From an uncultured Actinomycetes bacterium (GTDB lineage: Bacteria > Actinomycetota > Thermoleophilia > UBA2241), in contig CAVPVX010000004.1 in NCBI GenBank assembly GCA_963709345.1, positions 96,001 to 160,000 of the forward strand: a stretch of 64,000 nt of DNA. The letters are read 5' to 3'. Made by a program: the position numbers and the translations under genes. The notes beneath the pieces are model-generated. The model ran no database searches. It was not told the DNA's origin and worked only from the letters and a program-made list of their open reading frames with translations. This document shows positions 9,926 to 19,855 of this stretch, piece after piece (the first letter of the stretch is position 1; each line of letters begins with the position of its first letter).

Positions 9926-12895
9926 ATGTCGCCCGATGTTGGCTCAGACCCCGGATCTCAGGCCCTTGGCGCCGCCAAGCAGGCGTTCACCGAGAGCGCT
10001 GAGCAGTGCCGCGTCATCGTCGCCTCACTGCGCGAGGGTATCGTCATGCTCGATCGGGACGGGCACGTCCTCACCCAGAACGACGCCGCCCGTCGCCTGC
10101 TCGGTGATGTGCCGGCGGAGGCGCTCGGCCTTGCGTCCGGGCCGCACGACTGGAACCTCATCGGTGAGGACGGCGAGGTGCTGCCCGCAAGCGACCGCCC
10201 CGGACGCAGGACGCTCGACACGGGCGAGCCGACCAGCGACGTGCTCGCGGGGATCAGGCAAGACGGAGGAGCCGTGACCTGGCTCCTCGTCAACGCCCTC
10301 CCGCTCCCGGCGACCGAAGCCGCCCCCACGCAGGCGGTGCTCCTTGCGTTCTCCGACGTGACCGGCCTCAAGGAAGCGGAGATCGAGTGGCGGCGGCTCA
10401 ACGCCGCGCTCGAAGAGCAGCTTGCGAGCCGCACGCAGCAGCTCGAGGCGACCACCCGGGCGCTCACCGAGGCAGAGGCGGCGTCGGGCACGCTACGCGA
10501 GAGCGAGGAGCGCAACCGTGCGCTCGTCGAGCACCTGCGCAGCGGCGTCGCCGTCTACGAGGCCACCGGCGACGGCGACGACTTCATCATCCGCGATCTC
10601 AACCGCGCCGGAGCGCGCATGGAGAAGACCACGAAGAAGGCGGTCCTCGGCAGGCCGGTGACGAAGGTCTTCCCCGGCATCCGAGAGCTCGGCCTTCTGG
10701 AGGTGTTCCAGCGCGTCTGGCGGAGCGGCAGGGCGGAGCACCTCCCGGCAGCTCTCTACCGCGACGAACACCTCAGCGGCTGGCGCGAGAACTGGATCTA
10801 CCGGTTGCCCTCGGGGCAGGTAGTGGCCATCTACAACGACGTCACTGAGCGCGTCCACGCAGAGCACGCTCTGCGCGAGAGTGAGGCACGCTATCGTTCG
10901 CTCTTCGAAGACTCGCCGTTCGCGATGTGGGAGGAGGACAACTCGGCGGTCAAGGCCCATTTGGAGGAGCTCGCCGCCTCGGGTGTCGACAACGTGATCG
11001 GTCACGTGCTCGCCGACCCACGAGAATACGCGCGCTGCGTCTCGCTGACCCGGGTCATCGATGCGAACAAGGCGGCGGTGCGCCTCTTCGAGGCCAGGAG
11101 CCGTGACGAGCTGCTTGCACGCAACAGCGATCTCTACCGAAGCGAGAGCGCCCGGGGCGTGCACCACTTCTGGTCGGCGATGCTCGCGGGCGATCACCAG
11201 GCGACCTTCGAGGAGTCCAACTTCTCGCTCCGCGGAACGGAGATCCACGTCCTCGAGACCTGCACGGTGGTCCCCGGTCACGAGGCGACGTTCGACCGGG
11301 TCTATGTCGCCGATGTCGACATCACCGAGCGCAAGCATGCCGAAGACGAGCTGCGAGCGAAGCACACCGAGGTCGAGTGTCATCGGGAGCTGCTGGCCAA
11401 GCTGCTCGACACCATTCCAAGTCCCGTCTTCTACAAGGACGCCACCGGTGTCTACCTGGGCTGCAACCGCGCCTTCGAGCAGCTTCTGGGGCGAGAACGC
11501 GGCGAGATCGTCGGCAAGTCGGTCGCCGACATGGCCCCGCCGGAGATCGCAGAGACGTACGACGCGATGGACCGCCGACTCTTCGAGCAGCCGGGAACGC
11601 AGACCTACGAGTGGAAGGTGCAGGCTGCCGACGGCTCGCAGCGCGACGTCGTGTTCAACAAGGCGACGTTCAATGGAGACGACGGGCAGGTCGCAGGACT
11701 CATCGGCGTGATGCTCGACGTCACCGAGCGCAAGCAGGCCGAGGAGATGCTGCAGAGGAGCACCCAGCTCCTCAGGGATACCGGAGCGATGGCCAGGGTC
11801 GGAGGGTGGGAGCTTGACCTCTCGACCGATGAGGTCACATGGAACGACGAGGTCTGCCGGATCCACGGAGTCGAGCCGGGATACGAGCCCAGACTCGACG
11901 AAGCTCTAAGCTTCTTTGCACCCGAATCAAGGCCGGCCCTGGAGCAGGCGATCAAGCACGCTGTCAGGACCGGCGAACCTTGGGATCTCGACCTCCTCTT
12001 CATCCCGGCAGGCAGCAAGGAGAGGATCTGGGTGCGGATGCTGGGCAGGGCCCTCTACAGCGGCGACAGGGTAGCCAGACTTACCGGCACATTCCAGGAT
12101 ATCGATACGTACAGGCGGGCCGAGGACGAGATCCGTCGCCTCAACGCCGAGCTCGAGGAGCGTGTCATCACGCACACCGAGCAGCGCGACGCGGCGGCCA
12201 GGGAGCTCGAGGCGTTCGCCTACTCTGTGGCCCACGACGTACGCACGCCGTTGCGTGCCATCGACGGGTTCGCCACCATGGTGCTCGCAGACGACGGTGA
12301 GCACCTGAGCCCGGCATCTGTCGAGCACCTGGGGCGGGCACACGATGCGGCGCAGCGCATGGCGCACCTCCTCGATGACGTGCTCGGGCTCTCGCGCGTC
12401 TCGAGTCGTGATATGCACCGCGAACCGGTCGACCTCAGACGCCTTGCTCTCGAGGTCGCCGAGGAGCTGCGCGCCGAGCAACCGCAGCGCCAGGTGGAGT
12501 TCGCGGTGGCGCCCGACCTCGACGCCGACGCCGACCCGGCGCTGACCAGGCTTGTCCTGCGTGAACTGCTCGCCAACGCCTGGAAGTTCACCGCCGGGCG
12601 CGACGTCGCCCACGTCGAGGTAGGCGCGCGGGATGCCCATGGCGAGCGCGCCTTCTACGTGCGCGACGACGGCGCCGGCTTCGACATGCGCTGCGCCGAG
12701 CATCTCTTCGGCGCCTTCCAGCGCATGCACCGGGCGGAGGACTTCGGGGGGGACGGCATCGGGCTCGCTACCGTGCAGCGCATCGTGCGTCGCCACGGCG
12801 GCCGCGTGTGGGCCGAGGCCGAGGTGGAGCAGGGCGCGACCTTCTACTTCACGTTGCCGGTGGCGACTGGCAAGGACTCACTGCCGGGTCTGTGA
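9926..12895 (+). CDS. Cytoplasmic multi-PAS sensor histidine kinase
   Basis: About five PAS/PAC-like segments, FAYSVAHDVRTPL H-box, NAWKFT, DDGAGFD, GIGLA. Confidence 0.92.
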   Translation: MSPDVGSDPGSQALGAAKQAFTESAEQCRVIVASLREGIVMLDRDGHVLTQNDAARRLLGDVPAEALGLASGPHDWNLIGEDGEVLPASDRPGRRTLDTGEPTSDVLAGIRQDGGAVTWLLVNALPLPATEAAPTQAVLLAFSDVTGLKEAEIEWRRLNAALEEQLASRTQQLEATTRALTEAEAASGTLRESEERNRALVEHLRSGVAVYEATGDGDDFIIRDLNRAGARMEKTTKKAVLGRPVTKVFPGIRELGLLEVFQRVWRSGRAEHLPAALYRDEHLSGWRENWIYRLPSGQVVAIYNDVTERVHAEHALRESEARYRSLFEDSPFAMWEEDNSAVKAHLEELAASGVDNVIGHVLADPREYARCVSLTRVIDANKAAVRLFEARSRDELLARNSDLYRSESARGVHHFWSAMLAGDHQATFEESNFSLRGTEIHVLETCTVVPGHEATFDRVYVADVDITERKHAEDELRAKHTEVECHRELLAKLLDTIPSPVFYKDATGVYLGCNRAFEQLLGRERGEIVGKSVADMAPPEIAETYDAMDRRLFEQPGTQTYEWKVQAADGSQRDVVFNKATFNGDDGQVAGLIGVMLDVTERKQAEEMLQRSTQLLRDTGAMARVGGWELDLSTDEVTWNDEVCRIHGVEPGYEPRLDEALSFFAPESRPALEQAIKHAVRTGEPWDLDLLFIPAGSKERIWVRMLGRALYSGDRVARLTGTFQDIDTYRRAEDEIRRLNAELEERVITHTEQRDAAARELEAFAYSVAHDVRTPLRAIDGFATMVLADDGEHLSPASVEHLGRAHDAAQRMAHLLDDVLGLSRVSSRDMHREPVDLRRLALEVAEELRAEQPQRQVEFAVAPDLDADADPALTRLVLRELLANAWKFTAGRDVAHVEVGARDAHGERAFYVRDDGAGFDMRCAEHLFGAFQRMHRAEDFGGDGIGLATVQRIVRRHGGRVWAEAEVEQGATFYFTLPVATGKDSLPGL

Positions 12896-13005
12896 GTTCT
12901 GTCGCGTCAGATGATCTGAGCTGGGCACGCGGCCAGTCGCAGAAGACGATGCAGGCGTGGCCGACGCCACCGCGCCGACTGGCGCCATCGAAGCCCAACC
13001 ACTGC

Positions 13006-13052
13006 CGGCCGCGCGCACGGGATTCGGACCCGTGTTACCGCGTGAGGGGGCG
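13006..13052 (-). repeat. Degenerate att-like copy of the tRNA-Glu 3' end (middle)
   Basis: About 40/48 identity with one gap to 23544-23591 (ACGGGATTCGGACCCGTGTTACCG-CGTGAG). Confidence 0.75.
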
Positions 13053-13064
13053 CCCCTCCTGGGC

Positions 13065-14195
13065 TCAGACAGCCTCTCGAGAGGGGCATTGGCCCAGCCA
13101 GTCCCGGTCGGCGAGCCTGGTCTGGGCGCCTAGTACGTCCTCCCGCAGGATCTGTCGCATCTTCTCGGGCTCCTCGAACGCCGGGCTGTGGGCCGACTTC
13201 TCGAACGTGTAGAACCCTTTGACCGGCGCCTCCAGCAGGGCCAGGTACTCCTTCGCCTGGCTGTAGGAAACGGTGTGGTCGAAGATGCCCGAGACGAAGT
13301 GGGCGGGCATCTTGAGCTCGGTGATCCGCCTGGTCAGGTCGTCGCCCTGTATCTCGTCCCACAGGCCGAAGCCCTTGGCGGCGAACTTGCCACGCCAGAT
13401 GTCGAGCTTCTCGCCCAGCGTGTACTCGCGGTTCAGCCACGACGGCAGGAAGATCCCGCTGATTACCGAGCTCATGTCGTGCGTCGTGCCCACGCCCAGG
13501 CCGTGCATCGCCGGGTCGCGTAGCGCCATGTACGTGCGCGACATCGGCAGTGTCCACGTGCACGGCGACTTCTCGAGCCTGCGCACCATCTTGTCGTCGC
13601 CGATCTCCTCGTACCGCTCGAGCATGTACCGGTAGGTCGCGTTCTCGGACTTGAGCTGGTAGGAGACCTGGCCCATGCCGATGTACGCCCTGTAGAGCTC
13701 CGGATGCTGAGCGGCCGCCTGGATGCCGATGTAGCTGCCCCACGAATGCCCCAGCAGGTAGATCTTGTCCTGACCGAAGCGCTCGCGCAGGTAGTCGGTG
13801 ACGGCGATCGTGTCGGCCACGAAGTGGTCTCGCGTCATGGTCTCCGGAGGCACACCGTCCCGGGAGAGCCCTGCGCCGCGCTGGTCCCACCACACCACCG
13901 TGAAGTCGTCCTCGAGACCCGTGGGGTACTTCTGCTCGAGGACGTACCCCGGCATCCCCGGCCCGCCGTGCACGAACAGCAGTACGGGATGGGATGCGTC
14001 CCTGCTCCGGACGATCATGCCCTGGTCCACGCCGTTGATCCTGACGTGGATCTTCTCGTTGATGCTGTTCGGCAGCGGTCTCCCGTGCTCGTCGAGGATC
14101 GGCCTCAGCCTCCCGGGGCTGACGAGGAAGAGTGCGGCCGCGGCGGCGGCCGCCGCCGCGGCGCCCGCCATCACGGAAGGCGGGACGCGACTCAC
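13065..14195 (-). CDS. Alpha/beta hydrolase (proline iminopeptidase-like), in frame with the upstream PadR in this sequence
   Basis: HGGPG, GHSWG, SAHSP motifs; GTG at 14195 is the likely natural start. Confidence 0.85.
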   Translation of the reverse strand: MSRVPPSVMAGAAAAAAAAAALFLVSPGRLRPILDEHGRPLPNSINEKIHVRINGVDQGMIVRSRDASHPVLLFVHGGPGMPGYVLEQKYPTGLEDDFTVVWWDQRGAGLSRDGVPPETMTRDHFVADTIAVTDYLRERFGQDKIYLLGHSWGSYIGIQAAAQHPELYRAYIGMGQVSYQLKSENATYRYMLERYEEIGDDKMVRRLEKSPCTWTLPMSRTYMALRDPAMHGLGVGTTHDMSSVISGIFLPSWLNREYTLGEKLDIWRGKFAAKGFGLWDEIQGDDLTRRITELKMPAHFVSGIFDHTVSYSQAKEYLALLEAPVKGFYTFEKSAHSPAFEEPEKMRQILREDVLGAQTRLADRDWLGQCPSREAV

Positions 14196-14753
14196 TTGCC
14201 GCTCGCCGGTTCGAGGGCGCTCAGGCACGCGACTCGCCTCGTCGCACCAGTCGACGAACGCCTGGCTCACGCGCTCGCCGCAGCGAACCGTGAGCAGGGA
14301 GTAGGCAAGGTTGGGGGCATCGCGGTACTGCTCCTTGAGCTGTTCGGTGATGCCCTCGTAGCGCTGCAAGAGCGCCTCGTGCTCCTGCCTGAAGCGCTGG
14401 ACGTGCTCGATTGTCACGTCCGGCCCGACCTCGATGCCGTGCATCACCTTCAGCAGCACCTCCACGCGGTACTGGAAGGTGTCGGCGGGCGACGCGAGCC
14501 ACTCGCGCAGCGCCTCACGGCCGGCTTCGGTGATCTGGTAGACCTTGCGATCCGGTCGTCCTTCATTGTGGTCGACGGAGAACGTCGCCAGACCCTCGGC
14601 CTCAAGCTGCTTGAGGATCGGGTAGATCTGCCCGTAGCTTTCGCTCCAGAAGTTGCCTGCGCTGCCCATGTACTGCTTGCGCATGTCGTAGCCGGACTGC
14701 GGCCGCCGCGACAGCAGGCCCAGGACGGCGTACTTGGTCTTGTTCTCGCGCAT
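14192..14753 (-). CDS. PadR family regulator with C-terminal helical domain
   Basis: SGYDM...WSESYGQIYPILKQLEAEG...RPDRKVYQITEAG; AAGGAGG RBS; natural stop probably at 14192-14194 with a +1 insertion near 14224. Confidence 0.85.
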
Positions 14754-14790
14754 GTCATGCCTCCTTGTCGGACCCCACTCTACTCCAAAA

Positions 14791-14829
14791 AGATATGTAT
14801 TGACAGAGGATATATCTGCAAGTTATAGT
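14791..14829 (+). promoter_or_regulatory. Sigma70-type promoter overlapped by a putative PadR operator
   Basis: TTGACA (14800-14805), 18 nt, TATAGT (14824-14829); inverted repeat AGATAT-N15-ATATCT (14791-14817) between divergent genes. Confidence 0.65.
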
Positions 14830-14869
14830 GCTGGCCAGAATAGGTCAACCAGACCGATGGGAGGCACTG

Positions 14870-16528
14870 ATGGCGACAAGAGACCCCGGGACGGGGGCGA
14901 CCCACAAGCAAGGCATCGTGGAGCCGGATCACGCGACTGAACCACGCCCTGGCGGCTCCCCTCGCGGGTGGCGCGAGCGGCTCAAGTCGGTGTCGGCCAC
15001 CGCACGTGCAGATATGAGGCGGACGAACAGATGGGCGCGGTCGGGCGTCGTTGTCGGCGCCCCGGCGCTGGCTGCGTTTGCGCTCGGACTGGCGATGCCG
15101 CGAGGCCCCGTCTCGACCGGGGACGCGCTCGTATCGATGCTCACGTGCCTGGCCGTCGGTCTCCTCTCGGGCTTCGCCCTGCGCTCCCGCTGGGCGCTGC
15201 TCGTAGCTCCTCTCGTCTTCGCCGGTGTCTTCGAGCTGGTGCGTCTGAGCGAGGTCGGCCCGACGGTGGAAGGAATCAACGTGGGCTCGGCGTACGGCGT
15301 CATCGCCTTCATCAGCGGCCGCGGCGTCCACTTCGTGCTGGCGCTGCTGCCGATGCTCCTCGGGGCCGCCATCGGGGCGGGCATCGCGCGGCGTGCGGGC
15401 GGCGTCACCGCGTCGCCGCCGCGCCGTGTCGGGCTCGTCGCGCGTCGTGTTGTGGCCGGCGCCACCGCGCTCGCCTTGCTGGCGCTCGCGGTCTTCATCG
15501 CCGTGCCCGCCGGTACTCCGCAGATCCGTGGCGCCCACGGCGCCGTCGTCCCGGGGAGCATCGCCGAGCTGGTCAGCGTCGAAGTCGACGGCAGCGAGCA
15601 GGCGCTGATGATCCGCGGCAACAGCACCGACAACCCGGTCCTCCTGTTCCTCGCGGGTGGACCCGGCGGCAGCGAGATCGGCTCGATGCGAAACCTGAGC
15701 GAAGGTCTCGAGGAGGACTTCGTCGTCGCTACCTGGGACCAGCCCGGCACCGGCAAGTCAGTGGGTGCCTTCGACCCCCGCATGACCCTCGACGACATGG
15801 TCGCCGACACTATCGCGGTCACGGAGTATCTGCGCGAACGCTTCGGCGAGCAGAGAATCTACCTTGTCGGTAACTCCTGGGGCACGATCCTTGGGGCGCT
15901 CACCGCCAAACAGGCCCCGGATCTGTACTACGCGCTGGTCGGTACCGGCCAAATGGTCAGCTTTGTCGAGACCGACCGGATGTTCTACGAGGACACGCTC
16001 GCGTGGGCGAATCGCGAAGGCAACGTCGAGCTGAGCAACGTGCTCCGCGCAAACGGCCCGCCGCCCTACGAAGACACCCTCAAGTACGAAGCTGCCCTCT
16101 CGCACGAGCACGACTGGAACGTCTATCCGGGGCAGGATGCGCTCTCACAGAAGGGCGAGATGCCCGGCAACATCATGGTCGAGGAGTACTCACTGATGGA
16201 GAAGCTGCGGCTGATGGGCGGCATGCTCGACACGTTCTGCACGCTCTACCCGCAGCTCGACGGCATCGACCTGCGCCGCGACGCCGCCTGCCTCGACGTG
16301 CCCGTCTACCTCGTTCAGGGCGCGCACGAGGCTCGTGGACGCGCCGTCCCCGCCGGTGAGTGGTTCGAGATGCTGACGGCGCCGGGCAAGCAGATGATCG
16401 TGTTCGAGCAGTCCGGCCACAAGCCCTCGTTCGAGGAACCCGAGCGGTTTGTGCAGGTGATGACCAGCACCGTGCTTGCCGAGACCTACCCGGGCTTCCG
16501 CGACCGAGCAGAAGGAATCTCGAACTGA
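14870..16528 (+). CDS. Membrane-anchored alpha/beta hydrolase
   Basis: Several N-terminal TM helices, then AGGPG, GNSWG, SGHKP; GGAGG RBS. Confidence 0.85.
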   Translation: MATRDPGTGATHKQGIVEPDHATEPRPGGSPRGWRERLKSVSATARADMRRTNRWARSGVVVGAPALAAFALGLAMPRGPVSTGDALVSMLTCLAVGLLSGFALRSRWALLVAPLVFAGVFELVRLSEVGPTVEGINVGSAYGVIAFISGRGVHFVLALLPMLLGAAIGAGIARRAGGVTASPPRRVGLVARRVVAGATALALLALAVFIAVPAGTPQIRGAHGAVVPGSIAELVSVEVDGSEQALMIRGNSTDNPVLLFLAGGPGGSEIGSMRNLSEGLEEDFVVATWDQPGTGKSVGAFDPRMTLDDMVADTIAVTEYLRERFGEQRIYLVGNSWGTILGALTAKQAPDLYYALVGTGQMVSFVETDRMFYEDTLAWANREGNVELSNVLRANGPPPYEDTLKYEAALSHEHDWNVYPGQDALSQKGEMPGNIMVEEYSLMEKLRLMGGMLDTFCTLYPQLDGIDLRRDAACLDVPVYLVQGAHEARGRAVPAGEWFEMLTAPGKQMIVFEQSGHKPSFEEPERFVQVMTSTVLAETYPGFRDRAEGISN

Positions 16529-16592
16529 GAACGTGCGTGGTCATCGACTTACGGTCCGCCGGCAGCGGCGGTCCCCAACACGGAGAGCAACG

Positions 16593-17624
16593 ATGAATCC
16601 GACTCATGCATACGACGAGGCCGCCGGCGACATCCGGCGGCCGGGAGCAGAACAACCGCTGGGAGAGCCGGACGCCAGAGAGCTGATCAGGCATGCCGCG
16701 CTCGCGGCCTCCAGTCACAACACGCAGCCCTGGAGCTTCCGCATCGAGAGCGACCGGATAACCATCCTGCCCGACTACTCGCGGCGCTGCCCGGTGGTCG
16801 ATCCGGATGACGGCCACCTGTTCAAGAGCCTGGGCTGCGCCGCCGAGAACCTCGTTCACGCGGCAGCCGCGCAGGGGTTCTCGACCGACGTGCGATTCGA
16901 CGCCCGTGACGACGCCGTCACCGTGCTTCTGCACCCCGACGCCACGGCGCGCGCAACGGAGCTCTATCGGGCGATACCCAGGCGGCAGAGCGTGAAGGCC
17001 GCCTACGATGGCCGCCCGGTCGACTCCGTGGAAGTCGACGCGCTGGCCGAGGCGGGCAGGCAGTCATCCGTCCGCGCGATCCTGTTGACGTCAGACGAAC
17101 AGAAGGACGCGGTCGTCGACTACGTCAACCGGGGAAACGCCGCCCAGTTGACCGACATGGCCTTCAGAAACGAGCTCGCTTCATGGATCCGTTTCAATCC
17201 TGCCGACGCACTGCGGCAAGGCGACGGCCTTGCCGGACGCACCAGCGGCCAGCCGGCACTACCCAGCTGGCTCGCCAAGGCGATCCTCAGGTTCATCATC
17301 ACTCCCGAGGGCCAAGCCAAGACGGATGCAGCGGCCATCAAGAGCGCCGCCGGTGTCGCGGTCTTCGTGTCGAGCCAGGACGGCAAGGCGGCGTGGGTCG
17401 ACGTCGGCCGCGCCTACGAGCGCTTCGCCCTGCAGGCGACGGCACTCGAGATCCGCACCGCCTTCATCAACCAGCCGCTCGAAGTCCACGAGCTGCGCCC
17501 GGCACTCGAATCGTGGCTGGGGCTTGAGGGTGAGCATGCGCTGCTGATGGTCCGTTTCGGCCACGGGCCCACCGCGCCCTTCAGCCTGCGCCGCCCCATC
17601 GACGACGTGATCCTCGCGGCATGA
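16593..17624 (+). CDS. Acg-family FMN-binding nitroreductase
   Basis: AASSHNTQPW, SLGCAAENL, GRAYERFALQAT, SLRRP. Confidence 0.85.
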   Translation: MNPTHAYDEAAGDIRRPGAEQPLGEPDARELIRHAALAASSHNTQPWSFRIESDRITILPDYSRRCPVVDPDDGHLFKSLGCAAENLVHAAAAQGFSTDVRFDARDDAVTVLLHPDATARATELYRAIPRRQSVKAAYDGRPVDSVEVDALAEAGRQSSVRAILLTSDEQKDAVVDYVNRGNAAQLTDMAFRNELASWIRFNPADALRQGDGLAGRTSGQPALPSWLAKAILRFIITPEGQAKTDAAAIKSAAGVAVFVSSQDGKAAWVDVGRAYERFALQATALEIRTAFINQPLEVHELRPALESWLGLEGEHALLMVRFGHGPTAPFSLRRPIDDVILAA

Positions 17625-17758
17625 CTCAGGCAGGTGGGGGCAGCGTCTCGCAAGGCCCCAGCCGTGCGGCCGCTTGCAGGTATCGCGCGCGCACCACGCC
17701 TGGCGGCGCTTCGACAGAGAGGAACACGCCCGGCGCTGAGCTCGATGCGCCTCGCCGG

Positions 17759-17782
17759 GGTCAAGTCCCGATGTGTGGTGTA
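17759..17782. mobile_element. Orphan IS256-family-like terminal inverted repeat
   Basis: Reverse complement TACACCACACATCGGGACTTGACC resembles the IS1081-type end pattern TACACCAC..TTGNCC (recalled, not searched); no transposase nearby. Confidence 0.45.
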
Positions 17783-17829
17783 CCGGCACGAGCCGTCACG
17801 AGGCGACACGGACTAGCTCTGCGGCGGCC

Positions 17830-18243
17830 TCACCCGTAGTTGCGCCGCTCCGGCCCCCAGTAGCGCACCTCGGTGGCGCGCCGATCGGGGACCCACTGCA
17901 CATCCGGGCCGTTGGCAAAGTGGCCTTGCCGCCGGTACATGGCGTCAGTAATGGACCGCCCCAGCACCGCCATGAGGTCGTCACTCGGCGAGGACATCCA
18001 GGACTCTTCCTCGAGACTAAGGACGTCACCGTCCTCCAGTACGAGGTATCCGCTCCCTTCGGAGCGCCCGTCCGTGAGGAGAAAGCCGTGGGCGGGTACG
18101 GTCTGGTCCGACGACCAGTCGGGCGACGCGCCCGGACCGAACATCACATCTCTGTTCGGGGACTGGCCGTGAGTCCTGACCTTCTTCAGCCACTCCGACG
18201 TCACCTGACGCAGTTTTTCGGGACTCTGCGACGGATACGTCAT
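17830..18243 (-). CDS. Hypothetical protein
   Basis: 137 aa ORF from MTYPSQ with GAGGGGAGG RBS and normal protein-like composition. Confidence 0.6.
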   Translation of the reverse strand: MTYPSQSPEKLRQVTSEWLKKVRTHGQSPNRDVMFGPGASPDWSSDQTVPAHGFLLTDGRSEGSGYLVLEDGDVLSLEEESWMSSPSDDLMAVLGRSITDAMYRRQGHFANGPDVQWVPDRRATEVRYWGPERRNYG

Positions 18244-18488
18244 GAGAGGCGCCTCCCCTCGGCCCGAACGGCCGGACGCGGACGTTTCATCCAAACGCCC
18301 TACTGTGTCAATTGTATACCTGCGAAAGTCGGCGTCCAGGGGTGTCCAGACGCAGAAGCGGCCGGGAGAAGCGTTCATCTGACTCCCCAGCTGCATCGGC
18401 AGCGTAGCGCAGTCTGCGGCCGCCTCACGTGCATCGTCCTGCGGCATAGATCCAGCTCGATGCAGCGCGGGACTCACGCGAGCTTGCG

Positions 18489-18686
18489 TTGCCCTTCTAC
18501 GCGAAGAAGATGGGCGGCTGCGGGCTCGGGAGCTTTCCCTGCGGCCACATCGCCAGTTTCGAGGCCGGCAAAGACGACCCCTACAGTGGAGCTGCGACAG
18601 TCGTGGTGACGGCCGCGACGTTCGACCCCTTCCTCGGCATGGTGGCGGGGATCGTCGTCCGCTTCCTCACCGGGTTGATCCTGTGA
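18489..18686 (+). pseudogene. C-terminal fragment of a membrane transporter-like gene
   Basis: Only a hydrophobic tail VVVTAATFDPFLGMVAGIVVRFLTGLIL precedes the isochorismatase gene. Confidence 0.35.
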
Positions 18687-18708
18687 AGCACAAGAAGGGA
18701 GAGAGACC

Positions 18709-19224
18709 ATGAACCCCGAGAACGCCGCGCTCCTTGTGATCGACGTCCAGCACGACTTCATCGATGAGGGCGCTCCGGTGTACTGCGTCGGCGGCAAAGA
18801 GATGCTGCCCAAGGTGCGCCGGCTGATTGACGCCTGCCGAGACGCGGGCATCCCCATCGTCTACACGCAGGAGGTGGCGCCCATGCCCGAGGACATCGTC
18901 GTGCGCAAGCCTCGCTACAACGCCTTCCTCGGAACCGACCTCGAGTTCGTGTTGAACGGCCTCGGCGTCATGCCCCACGACACGCTGATCGTCTGCGGCG
19001 ACGCGACCAACGTCTGCGTCCACTACACCGCAGCCGAGGCGCACCAGCGCGACTACCGAGTGAAGGTCGTCGAGGACTGCTGCGCGGGCAGCAGCCCGGA
19101 GGCGCACGAAGCCGCGCTCGCGCAGATCGAGTACCTGCAGCATGGCTCGCGCGTCACGCTCGACGAGATCCAGGACGAACTCCCCCGCTTCAGGCGCGAG
19201 CAGGCGGGCGCGAAAGGACGCTAG
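18709..19224 (+). CDS. Isochorismatase-family cysteine hydrolase, probably internally deleted
   Basis: ALLVIDVQHDF, KPRYNAF, TNVCV; the usual segment between TQEV and the KxR motif appears missing. Confidence 0.8.
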   Translation: MNPENAALLVIDVQHDFIDEGAPVYCVGGKEMLPKVRRLIDACRDAGIPIVYTQEVAPMPEDIVVRKPRYNAFLGTDLEFVLNGLGVMPHDTLIVCGDATNVCVHYTAAEAHQRDYRVKVVEDCCAGSSPEAHEAALAQIEYLQHGSRVTLDEIQDELPRFRREQAGAKGR

Positions 19225-19340
19225 AGCACTGTCACAAAAACCGCTTCACAGCGTCCGACCTTCTCGAGGATCGCGTCGATCGAAGCCGTCCAGATGAAGG
19301 GCTTCGGGTCCTCGTTGTGGGTGTCTAGGTAGGCCTGGAC
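19221..19340 (-). mobile_element. IS630-family transposase C-terminal remnant
   Basis: AYLDTHNEDPKPFIWTASIDAILEKVGR ending at CTAG, typical of IS630 termini. Confidence 0.75.
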
Positions 19341-19855
19341 CACAGCAGAAGGCCCGGGACACAGCCTGGGTGCCACAACTGGTTGTTGTACACGAGAGGC
19401 CATCACATGACCCGCGACGACGCCGGCAGGCCAGACGCTGACGGAATCTCCAGAACCGACGGTTCGGCAACTCGAGGCCAAGAACCGTCGGTTCTGGCGA
19501 TTCTGGCGCTGCCCAAGTCGTCGACGCCGATCACGGGCGGATCTGGCAGACTGTCGGAAAGCTGCGCCGCCGCCACGCCTGGGAGGTGGACGCGGTCGCG
19601 AGGGCCGGCTGGGGTACCGGCTGCAGCGCTGGCCGTTCTGCTTCAGTCGCCACCGAAGCCGGGGCTCTCGCCGAAGGGCGCCCGGCGAGGGCGGACGTCG
19701 TACATGGGCAGCCTCACTCCAAGCACCGACCGGCGCCCGGCATCGCCGACCGGACGCCCAAGGCGCTGCCTACCGTGAACGACCAGGCTCAGGCTGGCTC
19801 CCCGAGCAGAGAGCACACGCCCGGAGTGAGCTCATGCCGTGATGTCGCGGCGGCG

